A DNA stretch of 62,740 bases, the filler included, from Choristocarpus tenellus KU-1152 (lineage: Eukaryota; Protista; Phaeophyceae), in assembly GCA_964200185.2 (NCBI GenBank). It is 8 parts of 8 records of this genome, joined end to end, with 100 filler letters (N's around TTAATTAATTAA, not from the genome) between each part and the next. Parts side by side here need not be neighbours in the genome. Positions count along the whole stretch, not along the records: positions 1 to 3,738 come from CAXNAD020018219.1; positions 3,839 to 7,537 come from CAXNAD020018438.1; positions 7,638 to 34,349 come from CAXNAD020000164.1; 5 more parts are not named here. The stretch is one strand, 5' to 3'. The notes under the pieces are model-generated. The model did not search any database and was not told the origin of the DNA. It was given only the letters and a program-made list of their open reading frames with translations. Below are positions 1 through 12,535 of the stretch, in pieces; position 1 is the first letter of the stretch, and every line of letters starts with the position of its first letter. A program made the position numbers and the translations under genes.

Positions 1-25
1 CCCCCACCCCCCACATACTTTGAGC
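1..25. mobile_element. MITE family B, right terminus only
   Basis: C-run followed by ACATACTTTGAGC, matching the family B right TIR (CCCCCCAGATACTTTGAGCC). Confidence 0.7.
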
Positions 26-303
26 GAGGGAGGGGGATGACAATCGGCACCACTAAGTAAACGCATCTGCACGTCATCTTGACGCAAAAGAACAATCAGC
101 ATTATCCACTCTCCGACACACACACACACACACACATACACACAGCGGCAAGAGATGAAACGACGGGATGCAAGCTAGTGGAATACCGTGTAGCAGCAAG
201 TGAGAGACAGCCGCGCCCTCCCCCAATTGAGCATACGCAAGTCAATAGGTTGAGCAAGCCGTGTGATAAGCATCCCCTGGTCCCAAACCTCCTCATCCCA
301 CAG

Positions 304-368
304 GTGTGACCGCACCTCTGGAGAATGCATTTGCTCGGCAGGATATGATGGTGATGCCTGCCAGAGAA
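304..368 (+). CDS. Internal exon of an EGF-like domain protein (partial gene)
   Basis: CAG| at 303 and |GTAAGT at 369. Reads CDRTSGECICSAGYDGDACQR, the C-terminal half of an EGF/laminin-type module (CxCxxGYxGxxC). Neighbouring exons were not found. Confidence 0.75.
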
Positions 369-494
369 GTAAGTGCTGCACCTCCCTCCCCCCTTGCTTA
401 ACGTGCTCATAGCGGGAAAAATGAAAGAATACTCGCACAGTTCAATACCTTGCCTTTTGGGTCGCAGTTACTATAGCCAAAGACCCAAAGGACA

Positions 495-755
495 TAAGGG
501 GGATAGGAGTTTTGCCCTGTTCTGTCCATTCGGGGCTTGGCTTCCCACGTGATTTTTATGCCCTTTTCTGTTCAAACACACTGAACACACTTACCTGCTC
601 GAAACGCCTTAGAGTAGGTAAAGTGTGTCGGACTAGGAAATGTGTGTCTGGAGCAAGGATATTGACACTTGCTAACAAAACACGATAGCCAAAATTACAT
701 CAAAATCGCAACATTGGGTTTTATGACCCCGAACGGACGTGGCACTACCCTCTTT
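495..755 (-). mobile_element. MITE family A, degenerate copy
   Basis: Body matches the family A copy at 61165-61423 (GATATTGACACTT..AACACGATAGCCAAAATTACATCAAAATCGCAACATTGG). Termini are eroded and boundaries approximate. Confidence 0.75.
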
Positions 756-3366
756 AAAAGGTTGGGCCAAGGCCCCCAAGTACAGTGCAATACCCTTACC
801 TCTTAAGGTGACATGCCCACGCACATAACCTTGATGACACTGGTACTTCATATGTTGATAGCGAGATTGCAGGCCTCATTACTTACATCCACGCACTCAA
901 TAGTCTGGAGGAGGCTGTAGCTGCAGAGTCAAAGGAGGGTGGAGGATTTAAAGGTAAAAAAGGAACTGAAGTCGTATGCCGGCAACACATCAAAAAGCGA
1001 CCACCTGCTGTCCCAAATGTTAAATGAGTTTTTGTTACACACACTCATGTGTTTCCCAACTGAATAGAAGTACCTCAAGATTCAGATAAACCAATCGTCC
1101 AATAACAGTATTCTCCCATCATGAGGGTTTTCATTTTTTCCTGCCTTCTTTGTCCATCAGTAGCCTGGCCCATGATGTGAAGGTGGGGATAGGGTAATCC
1201 TCTTCCTCTCATCACCGGATTCAAATGTCATTCATGGCAGGCCTTGCCACAATCCGCGCGGTTTGTTACTGTCATTTGAAGATAGAAAAGACACATCTGG
1301 AGAGGGTTTCATGGCTTAAGCCTTGTTATATTGAACTGGATCTATGTACTTTTCAAGTACCCTCTATTGAGCCCTGTGAGTGAGCATATCGATCTTGATG
1401 TTATGGATAATGGGCACTGAAAAACTCACAAAAATTATTGTAGTCTATGAAAAAAACTGTGATCAGTACATTACGATGTTTTGAAGGAAACAATGGTTGA
1501 TTACACATGTAAGAAACTAGAAATAGTGCCAACATTTTGTCACCGTCTTTGTTCAACTGGTATTATTGCTCCACTCTCAAATATCGACCAACGTTCAAGA
1601 AGTTTATATATAGAAATTTCAAGTAAAACAGTGCTTTCCTTTTTTATTGAATTTATTGGAATAATAAAGTATTTATAGAACAAACATTTTCTTCATTGAT
1701 GAAAACCTTTTTTTTTTAAGTTCAACAAACAAGGGAAAATTTGATTTGATTTCATAAATTTTTGTCTTCTAGATAAAAACTTGACCCAGCAAAACTGTTG
1801 CTAGTAGTAGTTGATTTGGAAGCAATCTGTGGGGTGACAATAAATAGCCTGTCAGGCTACAGTATTCTATCTATATTTGGGCGTCAAAGTTACTGTACCC
1901 GGTCTACGCTGAAGCCTGCGGAGAGGTATAAAAACATGGGAGGTGTTTTTTGAAGACAGTACCTACACGGAGCCTTCTTTTTTGTGAGACAATGAGAGGA
2001 GGTAGGAGCGCCAAGAATCGCAAGGGAAAGAATACACAGCATTTATCATTATCCCAAAAAACGAAATTAACGCCTACAGTTGGCGAGATCTATTTCGTAT
2101 TTCATTTTCCTTTCTTTTTTTTCCTTTTTTGGGACATTTTATGCCCATATAGTCGGATGGGGTCATCGAGGTTGATGAATACATGCGTATAGAGCAAGAG
2201 TATATATCACTGTAGTGATTTCACAACTTACATCAAGAGACCAAAAAAGGATCGTAGAACAACAATGCATATTGATATCTTCATAGTGTGTGCATCAATC
2301 ACACACCTACTTTGAAGTTCAAGGAGGAAGTTGGGAGGAAGTTAAAACTCTCGTTGTAATGAATCGTCTCATCATACCGAGGGTGTTTTCAGAGATCGGA
2401 CACAAGAATCAAAAAAAGTTCGAGTGTGAATATTTATAAAATTATGCCCTCGAACATTGTGTGTATCATACTTTCTCTTCCGATTTTTCAAGATTTTGTA
2501 TCTCCTCTCCACATCTCCCGAATTCAAATCCCTGTTTTGACTCAGCCTAAAGCGCTGTTCTTAACAAAAAATCTTTCGTTACCCTAGATGCATCAGCACA
2601 TTACGTAGTATTAGAATTAGAGTAAAAAAAAAGGGTGTGGAACAATTTATGCTTCTGTCCTACAAGTGCGTCCACTGCTTTCTTACTGTGCTCCAGTGTA
2701 CTGGAGCATGGCAGGATCAGACACAATTATTTGCTGCCAACCTGCAGTGACAATCAGTAGTAGACATACCATTATATTAAGGTCTGATCACAGACAAATA
2801 ACAGACTGTTCACAGGTCGTGTTGGCCCTGTATTAAGCAAATCAAGATGCAATCAAGTGATAGGTAGTAGCATCAAAAGTCCAATGTTTTGTCTCTCATC
2901 AATGTCCCAGCTACACTCTGCAACTGTGTGCCGCCGGGCACCATGCCCCTTATTCTGGTTACATACCCTTTCTACACTTCTTGTTGACAGAGCTCTGTAA
3001 AAAGGAGTTCAATGTTGCGAAGCAGGAACACAATACATGGATCCACTGTGTCCACATCCCTCAACAGTAGGTAGGAAATGAAACTTCCCAAGAAATCTCC
3101 CATGTTTGTCACACAGTAGTAGTGTACCCGCACTGACTGATAGGTTGTGTATGTACAATCATGAGGGCATACATATCAGGCCTCCACGGATATTGTGTAT
3201 GTATATATGTATGTATATATGTATGTATCTAGTTATCGATACAATGCCATTATAGGACCTAAGTTTGGCAAACTGAGGTGCAGATCACAGGACCTCACAA
3301 CACCTTGTAGATGTTCGCCTGCTAGGGCACTACTCCCCTTAACCTAACCCACATTGATGGTGTTCA

Positions 3367-3540
3367 GGCTCAAGTATCTGGGGGGGGGTGGTGGCTGTCC
3401 ATTTGGGGCCCATTTTTTGATGTTGCTATTTTTGTGTGATTTGGTTTGCATGCGTCGGATGGATGATGTAAGTGCACTTTTCCTGGTAAGGGCCTGAATG
3501 GACACCCTGGTGTAGACCCCCCCCCCAGATACTTTGAGCC
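3367..3540. mobile_element. MITE family B, full copy (~175 bp)
   Basis: TIRs GGCTCAAGTATCTGGGGGGG...CCCCCCCAGATACTTTGAGCC with sub-terminal GTCCATT/AATGGAC inverted motifs. Confidence 0.85.
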
Positions 3541-3738
3541 TTTTTGAGAGTATAAATGGTTGTCATAATCTCTGACCAGGTGTTAATAGTGTTGAATTTT
3601 TGTGTTCATTAAAAAAAAGTACTTTTAACCACTATTTTTTCGGAACCGATAACACATTCGAGTCACTTGTTGTGACTTTTTAAGGTACATACCATTGGCG
3701 TACACCTTTGGAGATAGAAGGTCAGATGGGCGGGGGGG

Positions 3739-3838
3739 NNNNNNNNNNNNNNNNNNNNNNNNNNNNNNNNNNNNNNNNNNNNTTAATTAATTAANNNNNN
3801 NNNNNNNNNNNNNNNNNNNNNNNNNNNNNNNNNNNNNN
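3739..3838. other. Artificial contig spacer (N44-TTAATTAATTAA-N44)
   Basis: 100-nt N block with a six-frame stop linker. Identical spacers at 7538-7637, 34350-34449, 40909-41008, 44425-44524, 50595-50694 and 58148-58247. Confidence 0.97.
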
Positions 3839-4027
3839 GCTCAAAGTATCTGGGGGGGGGGGGGGTGGTGGCTGTCCATTCGGGGCCCATTTTTCCACTT
3901 CGTGATTTTGGTGTGGTTTGGTTTCATGCGTCGGATGGATAATGTATGTTCACTTCTCCTGGTCAGGGCCCGAATGGACACCCTGGCGCAGACCCCCCCC
4001 CCCTCCCCCCCCACGATACTTTGAGTC
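3839..4027. mobile_element. MITE family B copy at contig start
   Basis: GCTCAAAGTATCTG(G)n...(C)nACGATACTTTGAGTC; body aligns with 3367-3540. Confidence 0.85.
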
Positions 4028-5088
4028 ACATCGGGTGAACAAATGGGTCAGTCATGTGTCAAATGTCAGACTTCTGGTGTATTGTTTTCCCACTTTCTGC
4101 AATAAAACCCGTGTATTTTATGACTAACTGCAGAAGATCACTGAGTTCAACAAACTTGAGTCAAACAAAACGAGAGACTCCCAGTGTTGCATCGTAAGGA
4201 TATGCCGGCAAATACATTAGCAAAACTTGACTATTTCCTACCAGATGCGTACTGGAAAAAAAAATTCCGAATCCTGTTGGAACAGTTCTGAACAATAGAT
4301 GTATCAATCCTCTCATTTCGAACTCAGCACTTCATTTTAACCAAGTACGGGCGGGGATTGCAAGAGATCGAAGAACTGACTTAAAATAAAAAACGACCAA
4401 AACGCCTGGGGGCCTATCGTTTACTTTGGCTCCCTTGCATCAACAACACACACGTAAAGATGAAGACCGCACAACTTTGGCAATGTGACACACCTATATC
4501 TTCATTCACCCCATCAAAACCTGTCTATCCTCAAAATCCCCGTGCCCGATCATTCAACCTCGAAAAACCAATCGATTTCCTTTCCATGTAGGTACTACAC
4601 GGAGGTGTGTCCTTATGCCTACATATTGTCGGACTCAACATCCATGTCTTACTCAAAAGCACGAGACTGATTCTTCAACTTCCACCTTAAACACCTCCAC
4701 CCAACTGATTTTACAACCTTTAAATATGACCTAACCATCTCTAGTCTCACTTCCATTTCAGATGCAAAAAAATATCAAGTGTTCATTGCAGTGGGCTGCC
4801 AACCTCTCCTGTTCCTCCTCTCAAACGTGAGAGTCCCATGCTATTCTCGTAATGAACCAAAAGAGTGACAGCTCTTAACAGTACTTGGAACTGTCATGGC
4901 ATAAAGAGCAGCAGTAGCACCATCGTATGTTTTCTAGCTTGTATTTCATATAGTAACCTTAAGTGTAGAGCTTCCCAGATCTTCTATCCCGAGAGAACCA
5001 ACACTGACACATACAACCACACACACACACATGAAAGCACAAGAAAAGTACCATCACTGCCTCCTAAAATTTACAAAGGAGAGTGAAC

Positions 5089-6303
5089 CTCAGCATCTCC
5101 ATCACATCCACCCTCTTTCTTCACACTGCTGCTCATAACTCCTTCTGACGGCAACTCTCTAAAGTCTAGACTTGCCACAGCCCACCCACCACCTCGACAA
5201 CGAACTCCTCCTGCCCCACCCTCCCCACTACCACCACTACTCCTTTCCCCCACAACCTGCACCTCCTTACTCGCAGAAGCCCCAGCCCTTTTGTTATCAG
5301 TGCCTTGACCTCCACCACAATCTTGCCTTCCTCCCTCAGAGGGCAATCGTAGCTCTGCGATACAGTAGCTTCCTGTCTTCCTCAGGCTCCCCAGTGGTGC
5401 CACGACCACCCTGTTGACTATGTAACCATGCCTCAATGGCCGCTGACAAGCTTGTGACCACCCTGTTGACTGTGATTTTCCTGAGCTACTACGATCACCA
5501 AGTGCCTCCATATCCTCCTCCCCATGTCCTTTGGGCACCTTCAACAGGGCATCCACTTCCAACTCCCCCCTCACGGAATCACGCCTACACTGCTGTCCTC
5601 TATCTCCCTCCCCTCCCCCCAGTGCATTGTCAGTCACACATACCACCCCAGGGGTCTGAACCGGCAAGGATGGAAAGGCTTGTCCCCCGACAGCAGCAAC
5701 TGCGGAACCATCAATGCCGGGACCTGTGCAAACATGCAGCAACACATGCTTCGAAAACACACTCTCCCCCCACAGACACCTCCAAAGTTCTGCAGTTGAA
5801 CCCCACTCCCCACCCCCCGCTGCCTCAATCTCTTCCTTCCCATCCCTTTTCCTTGCCTTCACAGAGCTCGTTCCTCTCACTACTCCGTCACCATTTCCAA
5901 TGTCACCCCCAAGGCGAGTCACAAGTATAACCGAGTCTTCGTCTCCCCGACCCTCGTAATATGTCGGGCTTGGTCTCTTCTGGCTCTTCCGTCCCCTGCT
6001 ACTTGTTCCTGCTCGACACACAGCCCGTAGTGTTTTTAGCACAGCCTTCCTGTCTTGGACCCAGCCAATATCATGAGTTTGCCCTTGCATAGACGCAGTG
6101 TTTGTTTTCCCACTGTGGCTGTTCCCTTCCTCATGCTGATACATCTGTTTCCTTGTCCAATCTGCTTCCCTTGGGGGCATCTCTTCCGTGAAGCCTGCAG
6201 CAACAAGTCCTGGTGCGAGTTGAAGCATACGCCTGACATGGTGCATGCAGCATGAGTGGGGTCCTGGGTGGGTGCTCTTATGTCCGTGCAAATCTATGGT
6301 GGA
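5089..6303 (-). CDS. Long G/S-rich probable exon of an uncharacterised gene
   Basis: About 405 open codons with a candidate acceptor (CCTCGTAG| at 6304) and donor (GAG|GTTCAC at 5088). Low-complexity linkers alternate with structured-looking blocks (HSCCMHHVRRMLQL, ELWRCLWGESVFSKHVLLHVCTG). No domain recognised. Confidence 0.5.
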
Positions 6304-7015
6304 CTACGAGGACTGCCATTAAAACTGGGTCTCATGTCACACAAGATAACTGCAACTCAATGTGGGGGATTTCCTGCGGAAGATCGGCGTTATGCCAAGA
6401 GCAGCATGCACAAGTAGCTAAAAAATGGAGTGAAAAAAAAGTATTATCCATGTTTGGCTAGGCCAGGCGATGTGTAAGCTAGTGTTGAGCAATTTCTAGA
6501 ATGTTCTCTCCAGAGGACGTGCACGGCTGCCATGGATGGCCTTTCTAGGTCTTGCCAAGATCACCTATAACATGCGTTTAACACTGTGAAATCCTGATCG
6601 ATAAGGAATTTTGGCAAGCAGTTCAGTCCATTTTCTAAGCACTATCACTTATTGGAATTTACGAACATATGGGAAATAAAGGCCCCCTCCCAGTCACAGC
6701 AAAGTAGTATAGTTGTGCACAGACCCGAAAGAACACACATGAAAATGACTCGAAGAGTGCTATTCCTAACAGTGAGGCATACTACTACATGATGATCAAC
6801 AAAAGAGAGTGGAATTTGAGGCACAATGCAATGAGCAGAGTGCTGTTTTACATAGCCCAATCTGGCTTCCGACAAAAAGTAAACAAATAGCATGCATTCA
6901 TTCTATCCTCTCCTGTTCAAAACAAGCAGCCCTAGTCAGAGGTATCAAAATACACAACAAGAAACTACTCAAGCCAAACACTTGGAAGGCACTACTTCAA
7001 AAAAACCCTCCTTAC

Positions 7016-7537
7016 TTTCCATCCATCTGGTCGTACCTGTTCAAGTCCTTTGAAGTCATTGTCAGTCGAGGAGGGTTCGGGCGTTGCTTCACTCCCCAGG
7101 CCCTACCAATGCTTTCTTGAAGTCCACCTTTGGCTTGTTGTCCCCCCCCATGGCCATTGGCAAGCCCAGCACCCCTTTGCCCCATCCCTCCCCACCTTCG
7201 AGGATCCCCCTCAATGCTCTGAGTTGCCAAACCTTGTGACCTACCCTCCACTGAAGATAACAATTCACTAGAGCCTATCCTTCTTGTTGATTCACGACAA
7301 CTTAGCCTTGAAGAAACCTCTTGCGTTATATTGCCTCCTGGGTCAGCCCTGGAACCAATTGTTGCTTCCCTTGAATCTGAAACTCCCACAGACAGTTGAG
7401 GTGTTGGCATTGATGCTACAGTAGGAACAGTGGAGTTTGGTGGGAAAATGCTTGACGCAAGTGGCACCTCAGGTGATACAACTACTGGTGCAGGGGGGTA
7501 GTTGCCGTACCAGTGGCTATGTACTGGAGGGGGAGGG
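7016..7537 (-). CDS. Probable upstream exon of the same uncharacterised gene
   Basis: Open frame from the contig end to a |GTAAGG donor at 7015; S/P/G-rich. I could not find a phase-consistent join to the 6303 exon. Confidence 0.35.
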
Positions 7538-7659
7538 NNNNNNNNNNNNNNNNNNNNNNNNNNNNNNNNNNNNNNNNNNNNTTAATTAATTAANNNNNNN
7601 NNNNNNNNNNNNNNNNNNNNNNNNNNNNNNNNNNNNNCCCCCCCCAGATACTGTAACCC

Positions 7660-7848
7660 TTTTATGACATTGTCCTACTCCAAAATGTTTCTGAGTAGGT
7701 AAAATGTGTACATTATGAAAAAAGTGTGTCCGGAACAAGCATATTGACACTTCCTAACAAACACGATAGCCAAAATCACATCAAAATCGCAACATTGGAT
7801 TTTGGCCTCCAAACGGACGTGGCTCTATCCTCTAAGATACATTGGCTC
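7660..7848 (-). mobile_element. MITE family A, truncated copy abutting a family B terminus (7638-7659)
   Basis: Retains the internal hairpin and the TIR TCTAAGATACATTGGCTC. Preceded by CCCCCCCCAGATACTG at the contig start. Confidence 0.8.
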
Positions 7849-8266
7849 AGAAGTATTAGAATCAGAACCCTGGAAGGTGCATACAATACAAGATGTGACT
7901 CACTTGGTCGTCACTTTTCAAGACATGGCTCACTTTGTGGTCGGTTGGTAAGGTGGGTGTGACAGAGATTGATATTGAGTAAGAAGGGAAAGGCCTGGGA
8001 GGCACAGGGCATACTTTGAGTAGTCAAATGGCAGGAGTGTGTGAGCAGGGTGGATGAAAACCGTGCTTGATTGGGTAGATTTAGGATGATGAAGTTCTGC
8101 TCTTAGAGCACATTGTGGGGTAGCATTTGAACATGTGTAGAAAAAAGATGGTTGAGGCTTTGAATGCTTTCAGCATCACCCCCAAACTACCGCAGACTGT
8201 TACCAAGAGCATCTTCCCCTTCCCATTGCACTATTCGAACCTGCCAGGTGTCATTGCATAGCTCAC

Positions 8267-11200
8267 CATCACTTAGCACACCCAGTCCATATATTTCCAT
8301 CCAAGTATTGTCGCGAAGATCAAATGACCAGACATCATCACAGTAGTCTCCACAGCGGTGACTGTACCCGCCATAGACGATCATGGTGTTGTCATCAAAC
8401 AGTGCAGCACCCTGACCCCAGCGCTCACTGGGGACCTACGCCCAAGAGGGTATTGATATTTAGGCGGTAGGGGGCAGTGAGTTCTTCAACGTAGAGACTG
8501 GCGGATCTTGGGGCAGGCAGAGGAATTATAGGCAAAAATTGTGAGTAAAAGATGGAGTGCAGGTGGAGGCTACAGACTTCAAAATATGTTTTTAGTGTGC
8601 TGTAGTAGTGCCAGACATGAGACTGGACATGGTTTAGAGTGTGTCCATGTTTCACACTGAACGATATAGATGCATTCTTGTAAAGCAAATTGAATTCAGT
8701 CAACAAGAGATTCCATGTAGAACTGGACTGAAGGTATGCCTACACAGAGTAGGATAGCTTTGTATTGTTGTGTTGTGTTAGTTAGCCACAACACCCTATG
8801 CGCCGTGGAGTGCAGGTTCTACATGGTCAATCCGCAAAATCCTGTACAGTAGAGCTATGGAGGCGTGTTGAGTACTGCGTGTGGCATATCGTCAGGACTC
8901 ATGTGGGGTTGAGGTCATTGTCTCTAACACTGGTTTTAACTGGAGAACAAACCTCTTGACATGTGAGAGTCAGAGGTAGACATGAAGGATGTCTATGTCC
9001 TCGCGGAGAAGCACTCCTGATTTGATAGTTCATCGTGTAGTATCTTCCAACACTTCTTGCAATAACTCAAAATCTGTTTCAAGATTAGGTTAACCTACGT
9101 TGCAAAATGAACTGTTGCAGTGCAGCCTAGCCCTTGTATCCTAATCTTCTCCCCTTACACATGAGTCAAGGAGAAACAAATAGTCAATAGTAAAGTAATA
9201 ACAAACATGGTGGAGGATGGGGGAATTAGTTGGTTCGTAGTATCCCAGAGGGAGGATCAGGCGTCCATTTGGGGGGCAGTTGTGACTCAGTAGTAATTTT
9301 AATGTCATTTGAGTGAACGTTTCAGATGCAAGGGCGATCTCCTTCATCCATACACACTTTCCATTTCCATCCCCCTGTCTGAATCAAATCCGAAGGGAAG
9401 CTCCCTGAAAAAAAGGGTACCAAACTGGTGTTTTGCAAAGCCCCATTAAGCCCCGATTGGACTACCAGGGTCAAATACCCCCTCCTCTCACATACTGTGG
9501 GCCGGTGGGAAATATGACATCTACACCAGTAGAAGTGACTTTATGTCACACTGAGTTGGCTCTAACGCCCACCACCCACTCAACCTTGGCATCATTATGT
9601 GCTAGTGTGTGAAACCAATAGGCAATGGTGAGTTGGGAGTTGAAGGGTTAGGGTGGTGTGAACAAACTTGTATATCCCCTTGCCTTTCCCTCTTTCTAGT
9701 TCACTCCTCCACAATTCTTGTTGACCAATTACCTTGCAGATCTCAGTCCCGCGCACGAATGTACAGTTCCCATGCCTAGCACCCTCGTGAAGAACCTCCC
9801 AACCGGAGTCCTCACAAGGTCCATCGGCATATCTGTGTATGGAGGGGCAGGGCTGTAGGTGTTGGTCAACGAGAAATGGAGGGAAAAGAATCTGTTGTAT
9901 GGAGGCATGGGTTTGATTCGGGGAGGAGAGGGATGGGGCTAGTATGTACATGCCCAGTGGGCAAGAGTGTTGAAGGGGTGATACTCCGACCTTCGGGTAG
10001 ATGCTACGGAGTGCACAAATAGATGCAGTTGGTCGCCGGATCTGCAAAGAATGTCTTTCTCTCAATCCAGAGTTTGCTACTTCAATTTTTTTTTTTGACA
10101 CTCCACTGACTTGTAAGAGTCAAAGCCTTTCTGTGTCCCCTCAACACTCCACTCCTCTACCGTTGCCTAAAACTGACCTTGTGCAGTTGAGATCGTAGCC
10201 CCATACATCGTTGTAATATAGCCCAACGGTGACGTAGAGGCTACAGTATTCCGTGTCATTCGTCTCAGTGATGTTTCTTAGTACGTTGTTCTGGCACTCC
10301 ATCACTGACTTTTCGTCGTAGCTCACAAACTCTAGCGAACCATTTGTACGGGTCACCTTGCATCGGGGCAGGTTTCCTGTTGGTTAATGAGGGACCACAT
10401 AATGCCCACCCGGTACTGTACCTACCTCAAAACATTTTTTTCTTTTCATTCCTTCTGCTTATTTAAGATATCTATTGAGTTCCTCTCTTATGTTGTGCTC
10501 TTGAGAGATCGCCCCCTCTACCTGGCCTCAGTATATCCCAGGCATTTAGGGATTAGTTTGATATGACTGGTGCTGCAGAGTATAAACAAAGATTCAAAGC
10601 ACAAAGAACGAAAAATCGTGCTAATTAGGGGCAGATTGACTCCTCAATATAGAGTGTTGAACTTCTTTTTATGAGAGGATGAAAGGGTTATATCGAACGC
10701 TTGTGCCAACCTAACGCCCAGGGCACACAAAATCGAAGAGAAAGGTACAGACAGGGGCCAACTCCTTTGGGACGAGACCTGAAGGGTCGAGGCGAAAGTC
10801 ATTGCAGGCACACACCCTCATCGATGGACTACTTTCTCATCCCAAAATACTGACTAAACGTTCGAGTTGCAGTTTCTCAGTCCTCCGTCCCTATGGTAAA
10901 TAGCTGGTATGGTTGGAGACTCTCCGACAAAGTCCAGCTCCTGCTCACTTCATACGTTCTTGGTACATGCTGCCTAGAGATCTCATTGTCTCGACCTCCG
11001 AACATGATCACACGCGTGTCGTTGTCTGCGAGGACCATGCTGTGCCCGATTCGGCCACTAGGGCCATCCACAGAGTCCCACACCTCCTGCCAAGCCTCTG
11101 TTGTTTGTCTAGAGCCCAGAAGGTTTCGATCGGGTATTTTTCGATTTAACATTCCGCCCAAAGGAATGGGGGAAGAATTTGTGGACGTTTTATTTTGAAT

Positions 11201-11642
11201 AGTTATTTTGTAGGCAATACCACCTTTGCTGAACCTACACAGGATTGAATTCTTTATCTCAGGCGAGCGAGGAATGAATAGGTCAGGGCCGAACACTTGA
11301 ACTACTGACTTTCTCTTCCCTCGAATCATGCTCCATCTCACTAATATTGCGTTATCCTTGCACTAAGAAGTATTGCATGTGAGGAGTGAAGGTTGGCAAC
11401 AAGATCCAGGTACGAGACAGATGGGAAAGCAAGGTGATCTTACTCATCTGTTCATTGCTTTGCCTCTCTAGCCATCGTGTTTGTTGTGCACCGAAGGGGA
11501 TAGTTTGCTGTCATTTCTCAAGGTGCAAGATAGAAAAAAGAGCGCGGTCTTACCCGTTGTTCTGCCACTCTCGCCACCCATGTGCTGGATGGAGCAAGTG
11601 TGTTAGCAATCCAATGGCTACCAGGTTCCATATCTTTTTCAT
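8267..11642 (-). CDS. Secreted Kelch-repeat (beta-propeller) protein, 3'-partial; exons 11642-11554, 11108-10949, 10356-10178, 9832-9733, 8435-8267
   Basis: Five phase-consistent GT-AG exons. Signal peptide MKKIWNLVAIGLLTHLLHPAHG. Kelch motifs GPSGRIGHSMV...IMFGG, YYNDVWGYD and PSERWGQGAA...IVYGG...DDVWSFDLRDNTW. The remainder presumably lies beyond the contig end at 7638. Confidence 0.85.
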
Positions 11643-12535
11643 TGTCCACCCTGACCAGGGTTGAAGAGTATTTCGACATGTAGATTCACTGTGAAACGGT
11701 GACCCCCAGGTCATCCTACCTGTCACCAACCTCCTACCCCTCAGATCCTGATGCAATGTCACTACAATAATGCCCTCGTACTGTCAAAGATCTTTCAAAA
11801 ATAGACGGACCTGAAGAATCTGTAGAGGTGACTGGTGTCATTATATTTTTGAAATCCAAAGTACATATCAACTAATGAAACGCCAGACCGCCCGTCCATC
11901 CTCCACCAAACCTTAACCCTACACAACTTCTTTCTCCATTGAAAGGAAGGTGTACTACTATAGTTGGGCAGGGGCACGCACGGTTATCGAGTTAGGAGAG
12001 GAAGATGTCGGGTTGTTCTTCTGATTCGATGCCATGATACACCTTGTGGAACACGAGGTGACGACATAGCTTTCCGAAGGATAGGGTACGATTTCTTCGA
12101 ATCCGGCGCTCCTGGTTGCAACAAAGGTTGCATTTCGTGATCCTGTTCCCCACCCTCACATTCCAGGGAAGGAAAGGGGTGGAATATCGCATGATCCATC
12201 TGGTGAAGAAGAATTCCCATCATTCGATCCAACTATTCTCCATTGAACTAAAGTTGTCGGACCGGCCTGTCCTACTAGCCCCAGCTCAAACAAACCTAAA
12301 GTGCAATTTCCAACCCCCTGTTCCAACTTTCTCCTCCCCCCTCATTCTCCCAGAGAGCTTGACTACTATCTTCGGTGTTCAGTGTATAGTAGAAGGCCGG
12401 ACTTACGTGCGTAGGCGAAACGATTACTCACTCACTTCCGCTTTGCATGTCTAATGTAGTTCAACCAAAACAACAGTTTTTTATCCTCTCCCACACTTTG
12501 TAAGACATTGCCGCTTTTACTTCCACCACCGGTAG

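Noticed and set aside
3783-3794. TTAATTAATTAA as a biological motif (e.g. piggyBac TTAA target)
   Set aside because: It is always centred in 100-nt N blocks, so it is an artificial six-frame stop linker.
4592-4670. Terminal exon YYTEVCPYAY...
   Set aside because: There is an acceptor-like site but no partner exon or recognisable motif in this contig.
6783-6931. Exon linking the 7016 and 6303 segments
   Set aside because: The required frame contains a TGA at ~6900; no phase-consistent model was found.
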